A stretch of DNA of 59,232 nt from a virus. Lineage: Duplodnaviria > Caudoviricetes. Under the pieces are notes generated by a model. The model searched no databases. It saw nothing but the letters and a program-made list of their open reading frames with translations, and had not been told where the DNA came from. The translations under genes were made by a program, and so were the position numbers. The stretch is taken from positions 1-59,232 of the IMG/VR virus record IMGVR_UViG_3300033153_001737. One strand, 5' to 3'. This document shows positions 9,501-19,270 of this stretch, piece by piece (position 1 is the first letter of the stretch; each line of letters starts with the position of its first letter).

Positions 9501-12500
9501 TTGAGACTGTTGCGACTAAAAAACCTACAAAGAAGCCAGCTAAGAAAAAACCATCTCGCGGAGAATATAAACGCACTACTCACGGTGGTAAAATTGCAGG
9601 TGGTTTATTTGCCGACTTAACTGGCGAAGAGGTTAGTATTCAAAAGGCTGTCGAAGCTGACCCTAAAAAAGTTGACATCAAAGGGCTGATAGACAGGGCT
9701 AAAGACCTCAATTATACTAAGCTAGGTATCAAGCGCTACGGTTCAGTAACGGCGTTAGCTGACACCCTGAGAGCTTATTACAACGGTACTATCACCGATG
9801 TTAAGCTACAAAAAAGCATGAGTATCTATACTCGTAATTTCTGGAACGCAATCGACAAGTCACTAAGGGATACTGATTTTTCAGACCTGATAGACCGAAA
9901 CAATCCGATTAACGACTTTGCAGATTTCACAGCACCTCAAGAAAAGAGCGACCCTAACGACGAGATTCCAAATCAGAACGGTACTGAGAAGAATATTTTC
10001 ATAGGCTGGCTTGGCGTTGACATGACTTCAAAAGAATACGCGACGATGATGGAGAAGACAAAAGAATATAACACTCCTTCTGAATATACAGCGTGGTTAG
10101 AAGGATGGATGAAGAAGACTTTCAAGAGTCGCGTACCGTCCGAGAGGCTTCATTTATTGGACAAGGGTTTATCAAGACAAGTGAGGAATGTTGTGCATAG
10201 TTTTTATCAGAAGAAACATTCGCTTGTTAATCGCTGGTTTCCAGGGATACAAGATAAGTTAAGTAGACTATATTTTGAAGTAGAGTATGTAGCTAAGAAA
10301 TACCAAGAAGGTCGCTATGGTCACGAGAGAGCATCGTGGATTTCATCGTCTGAACAGATGCCCGGACGTACTTGGGACTTGTCACAGAATAAGTTGAATC
10401 CGAAGTATGAGACTAGCAACTTCACCGAACAGGACAAAATCAGCGGATTAAGAGATGATGATATTCGCACGGTTCATTTGTCTGCCTCACAAATAGTTGA
10501 CAAGCGATTCAGGGGCGACGGTAGTGTATTTCATCAAAAAAGACATGCCGGAATTACTCCTGAATTAATGCAGGAATTAGATTCTGACTTCTCTGAACGC
10601 TGGGAGTTTGACGACTTCGATGCCCTTCTGACCGTTATCGGCGCAAAAGGTGGCGGACGTACTCAGTTGATTATGACAACAGTTGAGGAAAAGTGGCACG
10701 GCGTACTAACTCAAGAACAGTTTGAAGAATATTTAGATGCTGAAATTGAGGCTGGTAACTTGACTGACAAACACAAGTATGAGTTTGTCAAGTCGGCTGA
10801 TACTATGGATGGCAAGTTTCGATACGCACAGTTAATAGGTCAACATGAATGGGCTAAAAAGAATCGACATGACCGCTATGCAATGCCAGGTTATTGGAAA
10901 GGTATTGAAGACTTTCTGAATCGTTTAAGAATTGACCTTGCTGAGGGTTACAGTATTCAGGGTATGAAGAAAGCAATCGAAGGTGGTCGAATTAATAACA
11001 AGCTGATGATAATTCCAGTTGAGACTATTGTTCGATATAATGGACAAGAAACTACTTACGGGAAGTTCGACGGGGCTACCTTTTCATCTAGGCGCTGGTT
11101 TGACGTAGTCCAGGGTTTAATCGGGCAGAAGCCAGGAGTTGACGAGTTCGACTTGTCGTTTGTCAAGTCAGTATTCAGACACCGAAGTAAAGACGGACAG
11201 GATTATTTAGGAGCTAAACATGCACAGTTTACGGCTCCAGCTGGGATGGAATTTGTCAACCCTGAGACTGGCGAAGTTATTGCTAAAGTTGTGATGGACA
11301 AGGTAGGCGAGAAGTCAATACTTGTTGACGCTAACAATAATCAGTTTGACCATATATCATCTGACAACGAAATCAAAAACAAGGCTGGTAGCTTTGAAGA
11401 CTATTATAAACTTCACGACCTTGGCGAAGATGACATTAAGATTCTGTTCACTGGAAACAACAAGGCTAAGGACGTTTCGGTAGTACCGTTTGCGGCAACC
11501 GAGTTTATGTTATCGCACGAAAGTACCGACAACATTAAACGCTTGATTGATATTCTATCAGATAATTATATTGCACAGGCTGACGAGTATATCACTAAAT
11601 TGTACGAGTTCCTGGACGGCAAGACAGTTGACGGTAAGTTTATTCCTGGACAACAGTTGTTAGTAGATGAATTAAAGCGCGACATCCTAGCAGGTGAAAC
11701 ACCTCCTGAGATACAGCTATTGATAGGCTTAGACCCTACTGGCGCGCTACTACTTCATCCTAGCTCGGCTATGGAGCTTACAGCGTACTTTAATAACAAG
11801 TACTTACTTGACACAGCATACAAGGGAAGACGACTTGACGGGACTTCTACACAGGCGTATTTAAAGCCACAAGCAGGAATGGACATCAATCCTGGAGAGG
11901 TCAAATTCTCTATCGGTAATAAGCCGATGTTATTACAGGCTCAGAAAATGTATTCAGAAGCTATGGATATTAGTATCGAGGACTTCAGGGCCATGCCTGA
12001 GATTGAGATGATAGACTTGCTCAACGCTTGGCTCGAAGACGAAGGTGGCTTCTACGTACTTGGCTCTAGACAACCTGTTAACAAGTGGACTGCCGTAAGG
12101 CCATTCAAGGTAAAAGGTTTTGACCGACTGTCTCGCGGCGCAGAAGTATTTCACAACTACGATGATGTTATGAAAATTCTCGAAGGTGACTGGGATGGCG
12201 ACAAAACATACTTTGACGCATTCCGCAAAGCTGACGATGAATTGTTAGCACTGTACAAAGATGTTATCAATAACGACATCTCGAAAATTGACAGACAGTT
12301 ACCACTAACTCACTTTGGCGAAAAGCTAGACAAGGGCGACAAAAACAGTTTCGCTAATCTCGAACAAAGACTTCAAGTTGCTGAGAATATTATGGCAGCA
12401 GACGGAGCAGTCGGCTTGTCAGTATCTAATGCAGCATTGTTTAAAAGCTTGGCGTTCAAAAACTTCAAGCTGTCGTTTAAAGTCAAGGGTAAAGAAGATG

Positions 12501-15500
12501 TTGTCTATGAGATACAACAGCCTACCGGAAAAGACTTAGCCGCAAACTACACTTTCCAAATCCCACTTCGTATTAGTCAGATGAAAATAAAAGAAGAATA
12601 TGATATTGCTACACAGGCTACCGACAAAATATGGAATGACAAAGCTGAGGAAGTATCATACGCTCAGGTCAAGAAATGGGACGAAAAAACTGACGGTAAA
12701 CTGTGGTTACGCACTACACGCGAACACGCCTTTTCGCTAATGACGCAGATGGCTACCGATGACGCTAAATTCGGGCTATTGTCTAAGCTTTACAATTCAG
12801 CAACTACTACACTGAAGGATTTTATTGTCAGAGACATCATGTTTGCTAGCGACATTAAAGACAAGAAGCACCTGAAAATTATCAAGAATGTAATGAGCCA
12901 ATTCAATGCTCTGCAAAAGCGACAAGGTAGATTCAACGGAAAGGGTATGAATCTTGAGCAGAATATAGCTACGAGCATGCAACTCAGTGACTTGTATTCT
13001 CAAGCTACAGAAGAAGAATTTCTGTCACATCTCAATACTTCGTTTGCTCCAACGCCGTCGAAAAAAGATGTCTCGTCAGTATTTATAGAGATGGACAACT
13101 CACCAACTCCTATGGAAAAGATGATGATGGTAGTCGGCGAGAGGCAAATTGAAAGAATTAAGTCTTCTGATACAAATATGTATTCTAGCAATCCGCTAAG
13201 ATTTGAAAAAGACTATGAGTTGTTTTCTCATTATAAAGCGGTGACTGAAAGCTGGGAAACGTATCAGAAAATTATCGGTAACACTTCGATAAAAGACCAG
13301 ACTGTAGCTGTGTCGGCTATGGAAGAAATATCAGACGCATTTTACTTCATATTGCAAGAGTATTTTGACGAGACTGGAAGCGTTAAGGACAATGTCAGAA
13401 TTGACAAGAATGAAATGTTCGACTTATTTAAAGAAGAATATTTACCGATATATGAATCGCTAACTGACGCTCAAAAGGCAGTTGCTAACATGCGCTTCTT
13501 GACAGGTTCGTGGATGACAATGACTGACAAAAGACGCGGTAGGGAAGTCAGGACTAGAAGGATTAGGATTGAGAAGTTATTGCCTGCTAAGTTTCTACAT
13601 AAGGAATTAATGACCGAGTATGCAACAAGACGACTTGAGATATTGACAAATATTAGAAAAGCTGAGGGTATGATTCCAATTGCATATCCTGGACAGCGGC
13701 TCAAGGAATCGAAGGAAATATACAGGTCGTATGAGAAGAATTTTAAGAATAAGGGCTGGACATTTACGGGAATAGAGTCAACATTGTCGGCAATTAACGA
13801 AGCTGATGAGTTTTCTGACTTCTCAGATGGGATAGAAGCCGAGACGGGTGAAGAAACTAGTCACAAGGAACGTGAAGCTTATCGAATGACTGCCGAGGTA
13901 CTTGTTAACAGTATGGTAGGTAAGGTATCAGAGTCAGACATCGAGACAGCTAGAGGTATCAACAAGGCTAGGCTGAGAGCCGCAAAGGGGTTGAATGATG
14001 CAATTTACGCCGATATTGTCAATGTAGGTCAGTTAAAGGGTTGGGACTCTGAGGACATTCAAGGTCAGTTACAGGGCTGGAATGATATGTTGATGAGATT
14101 CAATCACGGACAGAAAGTCACCCCAGCTTCTATTATGTTCGGTGAGAGAAAGGCGCTAGGATTGTTAAAGCGGGCCAATACAATGATGCAACGTCGAAAT
14201 CAGCTAATGAAAAAGGCCAAGAAGAGTGGCAATATGTCATTGTGGGAGCGAGCAGTAGGTAGACCCGAAGTAGTGATGTTTATGTGGGACAGGACGGGTA
14301 TCGCTAATCGTATTGTTGAGAAAGCTTTGAAGGTCGGCGATTCTGCACAACAGGTTTTCAATCAGATGTATTTACCCGTCGGGAAACAAACTAAGCTAGT
14401 AAACGACGCGCTGACTAAAGCCGTATCTCTTGTAGAGGGTGGAATAACTTTAGGGAACGCAGGCGTTGGCTATATGGAGTATGAGGAAGATGGCAAAGCT
14501 GGAAACTCATACATCATAAAGGACAAAAGGCGTATTTCCGGAATAGTCGAATATTATATACTGTCTAAAACTGACAGGGATGGAAACACTGAGGTCATGA
14601 ATAAGTGGGTAAGCTCTGACATTATACAGATGACTGAGGATGAATTTAACAGCAAGCTTATCGAAAAGATTTCTAGTGAATTTGTATATGAGATAATGAG
14701 CGGTCAGTCTCGCTATATTTCATTTCAACGAATTGACAGCTATAACACTTTAAGAAAAGAGCACAAAGGCTTATACAATCAGATTGACAAATTAGCTACT
14801 GACAAAAATCACCCTGAATACAGACATACCTTTAAACGCGGAGGAGTTACTTATCAATATGTTATGGTGAAATCTGGAGAAGCTAAGTTGCAAACAGACC
14901 TGACCATGCCTGAATTTTACGGTGCATTTATCGTAAATATGGTTGACGCAAGCGGTAACTATACAAACTTCCTGAAGGGCAGTAGCCTGACTTCAAACGT
15001 CGGAGACACTATTGTCCCAGATGTTGCTATTCCTAAAGACGGCTGGTTCAGGTCTGAGATGGCTTCTAATATCGAAACACCGAGCGGCAAGACGTACAAA
15101 AGTTTTGTCAAATTTAGACCGTCAGAAGAAAGTTTCGGCGTCAAGGTCAATAAGGAATTGTTTAAGGACGAAGACACTTTCGGTTTGTGGAGACTTGTAG
15201 CTGAAAATAGAGCCGCATTATTCTCAATGTTTAATTTCACCAAACAAAAGAATCAGAAAACTGAAGCGATATTGCAGAAATATATTGACCGACTGAGAGT
15301 ACAATTAGGTAGGCGTTTTCCTAAAGAGATGGACCAGGAACAAAGAGAAGAAGCTATTAATGACTACATAAAAGAGAATCTTCTTTCTGGCGACATCGAG
15401 GGTAGAATGTATATCGACAAAGATGGGAAGATTCGCACTGGGAATACTGGCTTTCGTGAAGTGTTCGACAACTATATGCCTCGAATGTATCCTATTGACG

Positions 15501-17524
15501 CGCTTTATGAAATGATGGACACCGAACACGAGAGTATTCAAAGTGAATTGAATGACAGGAAAACTGAACTGTTGTCAGCAAAAAGCAAACGTGATTCAGG
15601 CAAAATCAAAAAAGAGATTGAGAAGCTTGAAGAAGATTTCAAGCATATCAATAATATCCGAAATTACAACTATGATGTTGCTGAGGGTGACGCTAAGGAA
15701 ATCAATCGTAATATTGTGTCGAGGCAGATACTTGCAGCGAAAAAACGCAAGCCATTCACTAGACCCGAACTTGCAAGAAAAGATTCACAGGTACTCAGCG
15801 ACTATATGAATGCCACTCTAGGCGTTGCATTTAACAACGAATTAGTCGCTAACCTAGTACAGTCATTGACTAAGATGTTGAATGCTGGCTTAAACGAGGA
15901 CGTTATCGACTATTCAGTTAATAAAGTTAAACAGGCGGTAGGTGACGCAGGAACTAGAGGACTGTTCGGCAAAGACAGACAGGTAGGTAGTTACAAATGG
16001 GTAGCTAAGATGTTGAACAAACTACCATTCGTCGAACAAGAATATAATGCTGATAGTGCAAGAACTGCAATATTACATGCAGGCGGCTTTGTCAGCATGA
16101 GATTCCTAGGAGCTACGGGTGCATTGCAAAACAATACACAGATAGCTAATGCTTATATTCGAGAGGGCATGGGTACAATAACCGAAGCGTGGGGTTATTT
16201 ACACGGAGACGACGAAAGTAAACAGTTGTGGAAAGAGCGAATCTCACACACTGGAGTAGAGAACACATTGTCGATGTTCGAGCATTATATGACTAAAGAC
16301 AACAAGGTCAAGTCTACCGATTTCTTTACATATCCTGGAACTATTATCCCAGGTAAGAATATGGTTCAGTGGGTTAAATTATTGAGGTTGTCAAGAAAAG
16401 AGTTCGCAAACGGAAAAGGCGGAGACTTTGAAAAGCTTGACGATTTTATAGCTAAGTTTCAAGATGCTTATCCTGGGATAAAAGGCAGGAGCATATCGTA
16501 CATCAGGAAAGCCTTGTACGACTTAATGAAGACCGACAAGGTTGAGAGCCAGGACATCAAGCTCGTTGAGTCGCGTATTAGAAATGTATTCGGAGACTTA
16601 GCTAAGGACAAATTTAGAGCCGCAGTAACGTGGAAGTTGAGTTGGTGGTTTGAAAAAGCTCCTGGAAAGGAATTGTTTACATTCACCGAGGGTGAGAAGA
16701 ATATGCGACGAATGGTTGCATTGACGGCTATCATAGGAGCTGTAAAGCGCGGCCTAATAACAATACCTAAAGAATATTATGACAAGTACGGCGACAACGC
16801 ATTCAGCGAATATATTAAGACTGACGAGTTGTACATTAATGACGAAGCTATCGACGTTGGTAGAAAAGCCGTGTATGCAATGATGTTCGGAATGTCTGAG
16901 GTACATCTAGGCGAAGCATTCTCTGGAGCGTTCAAGTTATTGAATCAGTTTAGAGGCTACCCAGTACAACAGACGCAATTTGAGTTCGATACAATGAGGT
17001 CATTCTTCGACGGAAGTAAAAATAAACAGGATAGTATTACGCGACTATTTAATGCTCAGATGGCAATATTAAAACAGGTAGCGAGTGGGAAGAAAAACAT
17101 TAACATTTACGACGATTATAAAGACCACGATGCAGTCGTGATGCTACGCTTGATGTACACGCGCTTTTTAGCCTCATCAGTATCAGTATTAATTAAAATG
17201 ATACCTATGGCTGGCGGCCTAATTAGAAGGGTGACACCCTTTGAGTTTGGGTATAGTGTTGTTCGCGGAGCTGAGTCGCCAGCATTGTCATTCACTTTAA
17301 GAATGGCAATGTGGGGTTCGCTTGCGATGTTGGGATTTGACGATGACGATGACATTTTTGAGAAAGTGTCGGAAGACGGCATCAGAAGTTTGTTGATGTT
17401 TACAACGCCTGCATTACTAGGAATGTTAGCGCGTGATGTTTATGAGTTCGCTGAGTGGTTTACCGAAATAAACGACAACGCTTCGTTTACGAATATCTTG
17501 AAAGCTAGTCCTCTGGTTGGATAA
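6560..17524 (+). CDS. Giant virion protein with a single-chain two-barrel (DPBB) RNA polymerase and a zincin-like HExxH domain
   Basis: 3654 aa. HEATH at aa 828-832 and EFASE at aa 919. KFDGATF (D1504), K1536, K1553. SRQP (R1837) and GDWDGDK (D1877-D1881, nt 12188-12202). Confidence 0.8.
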   Translation: MPTEAQVRQSVLSAYKAKGYSNPPEENVQASIDQYFKKSTNNTNFSRGKALYDKYGDEAASGFTDQLAFNLRNHAREFKSGTVGMVGYLAGALGLDNASIIDYSEELRADGQRAMQEEVRNDVQLQALLAWQADDPVTFTGENANFWEWAMIKRGAASALPSIIEMTATSAIGYLTGLGGVALASKLGKGVSASSKALKATKALNATELSSLATAFKVESTVENVALAMTKRGIYDKTSKGLAMAGMTGLEGSSQYNEAMRYLVDEEGMSVDEASDKAGLSAVMYAPIAGALEYLPMGHWAKGLGLWKKGANEGTKIFARSATKLSKKLAEQQLPVRMITGAVKQATMEATTEWTQYMAQVAMDEAFVKGDYDTPEQALEAITARWKESKFNAEARESIYGGFLMGSGMGVFTPTDGIAKEAKDTETLAGQAMAAAEEAMRPEASATTVEAEDILKKASEAESEETFTSGVTPETEEERGQRIAEEKATQAAEAIEGEQQPDVPDVGDTQRPGKKKASNARGEAASYKSQILKNPNTTAEEKEEAEKAWELGKGDNSKWGQISEDLGFMAGKIRERGKDVKDENAELTPAEQEKLIELIADPEMKSVDRSAMMLEPKEQRKLMADLDSPIFEKEKPAEQAGYELDRKITIKAMRKVAEDNKIDIPTTLKLKKDIADHIDSELKKLSEKPKVSDKKIKPSEIERLTSIVENGKLREKEMSNIEWVQFDKAKKRLKVLTKKSTKPIKHEVTIDKSPELSKEMSNVLPEQKNLSSAIAKAINKTGKKVSVIYDDTIESYANAVDTGTELIVRINNERLKPDSKERGRVILHEATHLITATEIESWTEDDSRQKNNDDPVSRLADLYDYVLGEMSQEVGYSEYWELRKRRKELKAENKTLNAKDSKRVRELQDTYYGLDNLKEFASEVFTSKDFQARLQGMRVVGETTVWDKFVQIIMDIIGIEADSDVLTEALAAVIEIAGLEVETVATKKPTKKPAKKKPSRGEYKRTTHGGKIAGGLFADLTGEEVSIQKAVEADPKKVDIKGLIDRAKDLNYTKLGIKRYGSVTALADTLRAYYNGTITDVKLQKSMSIYTRNFWNAIDKSLRDTDFSDLIDRNNPINDFADFTAPQEKSDPNDEIPNQNGTEKNIFIGWLGVDMTSKEYATMMEKTKEYNTPSEYTAWLEGWMKKTFKSRVPSERLHLLDKGLSRQVRNVVHSFYQKKHSLVNRWFPGIQDKLSRLYFEVEYVAKKYQEGRYGHERASWISSSEQMPGRTWDLSQNKLNPKYETSNFTEQDKISGLRDDDIRTVHLSASQIVDKRFRGDGSVFHQKRHAGITPELMQELDSDFSERWEFDDFDALLTVIGAKGGGRTQLIMTTVEEKWHGVLTQEQFEEYLDAEIEAGNLTDKHKYEFVKSADTMDGKFRYAQLIGQHEWAKKNRHDRYAMPGYWKGIEDFLNRLRIDLAEGYSIQGMKKAIEGGRINNKLMIIPVETIVRYNGQETTYGKFDGATFSSRRWFDVVQGLIGQKPGVDEFDLSFVKSVFRHRSKDGQDYLGAKHAQFTAPAGMEFVNPETGEVIAKVVMDKVGEKSILVDANNNQFDHISSDNEIKNKAGSFEDYYKLHDLGEDDIKILFTGNNKAKDVSVVPFAATEFMLSHESTDNIKRLIDILSDNYIAQADEYITKLYEFLDGKTVDGKFIPGQQLLVDELKRDILAGETPPEIQLLIGLDPTGALLLHPSSAMELTAYFNNKYLLDTAYKGRRLDGTSTQAYLKPQAGMDINPGEVKFSIGNKPMLLQAQKMYSEAMDISIEDFRAMPEIEMIDLLNAWLEDEGGFYVLGSRQPVNKWTAVRPFKVKGFDRLSRGAEVFHNYDDVMKILEGDWDGDKTYFDAFRKADDELLALYKDVINNDISKIDRQLPLTHFGEKLDKGDKNSFANLEQRLQVAENIMAADGAVGLSVSNAALFKSLAFKNFKLSFKVKGKEDVVYEIQQPTGKDLAANYTFQIPLRISQMKIKEEYDIATQATDKIWNDKAEEVSYAQVKKWDEKTDGKLWLRTTREHAFSLMTQMATDDAKFGLLSKLYNSATTTLKDFIVRDIMFASDIKDKKHLKIIKNVMSQFNALQKRQGRFNGKGMNLEQNIATSMQLSDLYSQATEEEFLSHLNTSFAPTPSKKDVSSVFIEMDNSPTPMEKMMMVVGERQIERIKSSDTNMYSSNPLRFEKDYELFSHYKAVTESWETYQKIIGNTSIKDQTVAVSAMEEISDAFYFILQEYFDETGSVKDNVRIDKNEMFDLFKEEYLPIYESLTDAQKAVANMRFLTGSWMTMTDKRRGREVRTRRIRIEKLLPAKFLHKELMTEYATRRLEILTNIRKAEGMIPIAYPGQRLKESKEIYRSYEKNFKNKGWTFTGIESTLSAINEADEFSDFSDGIEAETGEETSHKEREAYRMTAEVLVNSMVGKVSESDIETARGINKARLRAAKGLNDAIYADIVNVGQLKGWDSEDIQGQLQGWNDMLMRFNHGQKVTPASIMFGERKALGLLKRANTMMQRRNQLMKKAKKSGNMSLWERAVGRPEVVMFMWDRTGIANRIVEKALKVGDSAQQVFNQMYLPVGKQTKLVNDALTKAVSLVEGGITLGNAGVGYMEYEEDGKAGNSYIIKDKRRISGIVEYYILSKTDRDGNTEVMNKWVSSDIIQMTEDEFNSKLIEKISSEFVYEIMSGQSRYISFQRIDSYNTLRKEHKGLYNQIDKLATDKNHPEYRHTFKRGGVTYQYVMVKSGEAKLQTDLTMPEFYGAFIVNMVDASGNYTNFLKGSSLTSNVGDTIVPDVAIPKDGWFRSEMASNIETPSGKTYKSFVKFRPSEESFGVKVNKELFKDEDTFGLWRLVAENRAALFSMFNFTKQKNQKTEAILQKYIDRLRVQLGRRFPKEMDQEQREEAINDYIKENLLSGDIEGRMYIDKDGKIRTGNTGFREVFDNYMPRMYPIDALYEMMDTEHESIQSELNDRKTELLSAKSKRDSGKIKKEIEKLEEDFKHINNIRNYNYDVAEGDAKEINRNIVSRQILAAKKRKPFTRPELARKDSQVLSDYMNATLGVAFNNELVANLVQSLTKMLNAGLNEDVIDYSVNKVKQAVGDAGTRGLFGKDRQVGSYKWVAKMLNKLPFVEQEYNADSARTAILHAGGFVSMRFLGATGALQNNTQIANAYIREGMGTITEAWGYLHGDDESKQLWKERISHTGVENTLSMFEHYMTKDNKVKSTDFFTYPGTIIPGKNMVQWVKLLRLSRKEFANGKGGDFEKLDDFIAKFQDAYPGIKGRSISYIRKALYDLMKTDKVESQDIKLVESRIRNVFGDLAKDKFRAAVTWKLSWWFEKAPGKELFTFTEGEKNMRRMVALTAIIGAVKRGLITIPKEYYDKYGDNAFSEYIKTDELYINDEAIDVGRKAVYAMMFGMSEVHLGEAFSGAFKLLNQFRGYPVQQTQFEFDTMRSFFDGSKNKQDSITRLFNAQMAILKQVASGKKNINIYDDYKDHDAVVMLRLMYTRFLASSVSVLIKMIPMAGGLIRRVTPFEFGYSVVRGAESPALSFTLRMAMWGSLAMLGFDDDDDIFEKVSEDGIRSLLMFTTPALLGMLARDVYEFAEWFTEINDNASFTNILKASPLVG

Positions 17525-17532
17525 TAGAAACA

Positions 17533-17565
17533 GGTAGGGGTGGTCGGTTAACTCCACCCCTATTT
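17533..17565. terminator. Hairpin terminator between the convergent blocks
   Basis: GGTAGGGGTGG...CCACCCCTATT stem in the gap between the convergent genes. Confidence 0.7.
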
Positions 17566-17584
17566 ATCCTGTCAGGAGATTAAA

Positions 17585-18370
17585 TTATTTCTTGCTGAAA
17601 TTGTCTAAGTCTGATTTGATTCCAGATAATGATTTTATTGCAGTACCTATTCTATTAGATGCCGCTTCTGTATTTTCTAATAGTGAATCTATTTGATTTG
17701 TGTCAGTTATATTTTCTGATTTTAATTTTCTCAGTAATCCTAATAACCTGTAATAATTACTCCAGCCATATTCACCTAACAATTTTTCTAAACTACTTTT
17801 TTCTACATCTGTGTTTATATTTTCTTCAGCATCGGCAAGTCTTTTAACTAATTGTGATTTTATTATCATTGAAAGTCGTCTTGTAGATATTTTCTTTAGT
17901 AGCCAATCTCTCCAGTATTCCTCTTTAGTCGAATAGAATGGTATTCTGTCACTATCAATTTTGTTCATGATAATATATGTAGCCATCTCAGGTGGAAATT
18001 GTACGTCTCTAAACAGAGCCTTTTTCATAATCCTAAGCCCATTTTCAACCTTGTCGTTATAGTATATTAAGCCACATCTGTCATCAACTTCGTGCTTTTT
18101 AATCAAGCCAGTTGGGCATACCCAGTAAAAGAAATTGCAATAGCCTAAATAGTCTACCCATTTAGTATCATTAATAAAATCAGAACGTGATATTTTTATT
18201 TCGTAGGCTGTAAAGTGATTTTTAACCCACGACTTTTTCATAGCTAAAGCATCAAGAATTTTAAGTTGTCCTTTCGGTACGTAGCTTGGTCCATTCTTTA
18301 CCTCAGTCATGAAAAAGTCGTCTTCGTGTTTCCTTGCTAACGCTTTTTTTATCTCAGTTGATGAAATCAT
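17585..18370 (-). CDS. MmcB-like PD-(D/E)XK nuclease domain protein
   Basis: LDALAM...YEIKISRSDFINDTKW..YL.YCNFFYWVCP.GLIK..EV...CGLI pattern. Confidence 0.7.
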   Translation of the reverse strand: MISSTEIKKALARKHEDDFFMTEVKNGPSYVPKGQLKILDALAMKKSWVKNHFTAYEIKISRSDFINDTKWVDYLGYCNFFYWVCPTGLIKKHEVDDRCGLIYYNDKVENGLRIMKKALFRDVQFPPEMATYIIMNKIDSDRIPFYSTKEEYWRDWLLKKISTRRLSMIIKSQLVKRLADAEENINTDVEKSSLEKLLGEYGWSNYYRLLGLLRKLKSENITDTNQIDSLLENTEAASNRIGTAIKSLSGIKSDLDNFSKK

Positions 18371-18732
18371 ATTCGTACTAAATCTTTAATCGGGTAAAAA
18401 ACTTGCAAGTCGAATCCGTCTGATTTAAAGTGTAGGAATATTTTCTTTTCTAGTATTTCTTTTGCCATTACTGAATAGTATTTTTGATTCATTCTTATAT
18501 ATATCGGCTTCTTTGAAAGTCGCTTATGCTCAGCCAGCCACTGGAGGGCGTAATAATTAAAACCAATCATTCCACCCCCCGCTCTCATTATTCCGTTTTT
18601 ACTTACAAATTTGATAACTTTACCGTCTTTGAATGCAAATATTTGCTTGTTATTTATATCCTTTTTTAGCTTTAGGTAGATACCCGTATCTCCGATGAGT
18701 AGCTTGTTCCCTTGGTCGTCTAGTTTCTTCAT
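18367..18732 (-). CDS. Hypothetical basic protein
   Basis: 121 aa; ATGA overlap with the downstream gene. Confidence 0.6.
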   Translation of the reverse strand: MKKLDDQGNKLLIGDTGIYLKLKKDINNKQIFAFKDGKVIKFVSKNGIMRAGGGMIGFNYYALQWLAEHKRLSKKPIYIRMNQKYYSVMAKEILEKKIFLHFKSDGFDLQVFYPIKDLVRI

Positions 18733-18821
18733 CTTTCATCTCTTCCATTCTGCATACGGCCTTAAACCATTGTCGCGTGTCCCATAACATTGGGTCGTAA
18801 CCTCTCTCGACCGCAAATTCT

Positions 18822-19055
18822 TTAGCTTTGCTCATTCGGAATGTCTTTGAGTGAAAATTCTATTTGCGCACATTTGTCGTGATTGTAAAGAGTTGAAGAA
18901 AGTATTAATTTTATTTTCTGTAACAATTTCAAATAATCACTTTCACAATCTCTGTCAATAGAATCTACCATTTCAAAACCTTCATAATTATTAGCTGGCT
19001 GTCCCGTATATGATTTGTTCATTTCGTCAATCATTGCATCAGTTGTTTTACTCAT
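18822..19055 (-). CDS. Hypothetical protein
   Basis: 77 aa in a coupled chain. Confidence 0.55.
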   Translation of the reverse strand: MSKTTDAMIDEMNKSYTGQPANNYEGFEMVDSIDRDCESDYLKLLQKIKLILSSTLYNHDKCAQIEFSLKDIPNEQS

Positions 19056-19270
19056 TGTGACTGCCTGTAGTTTAGTATCATTGCAATATTCGACACATCG
19101 ACCCAGTCCTCAGACATAATGTTCTCTTTCATTCTTTCTTCCAACAATTCATCTGATATTGCCTCGCTCGGCTCATCCCATCCGGTATATCCCTGTGTTT
19201 CTTTTTGATTAAACTTAGTGATACATTTTGAATGAAATGCCGTTAATGCTTTTTGTAGTTTACTATTCAT
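19052..19270 (-). CDS. Hypothetical phage protein
   Basis: 72 aa; GYTGWD...DWVDVSNIAMIL resembles common small phage proteins. Confidence 0.55.
   Translation of the reverse strand: MNSKLQKALTAFHSKCITKFNQKETQGYTGWDEPSEAISDELLEERMKENIMSEDWVDVSNIAMILNYRQSQ

Noticed and set aside
6560-17524. Tape measure protein or T7/N4-type single-subunit RNAP
   Set aside because: No tail tube genes or tape-measure repeats. The motifs are DxDGD/RxP type, and I did not see Pol A-type motifs.
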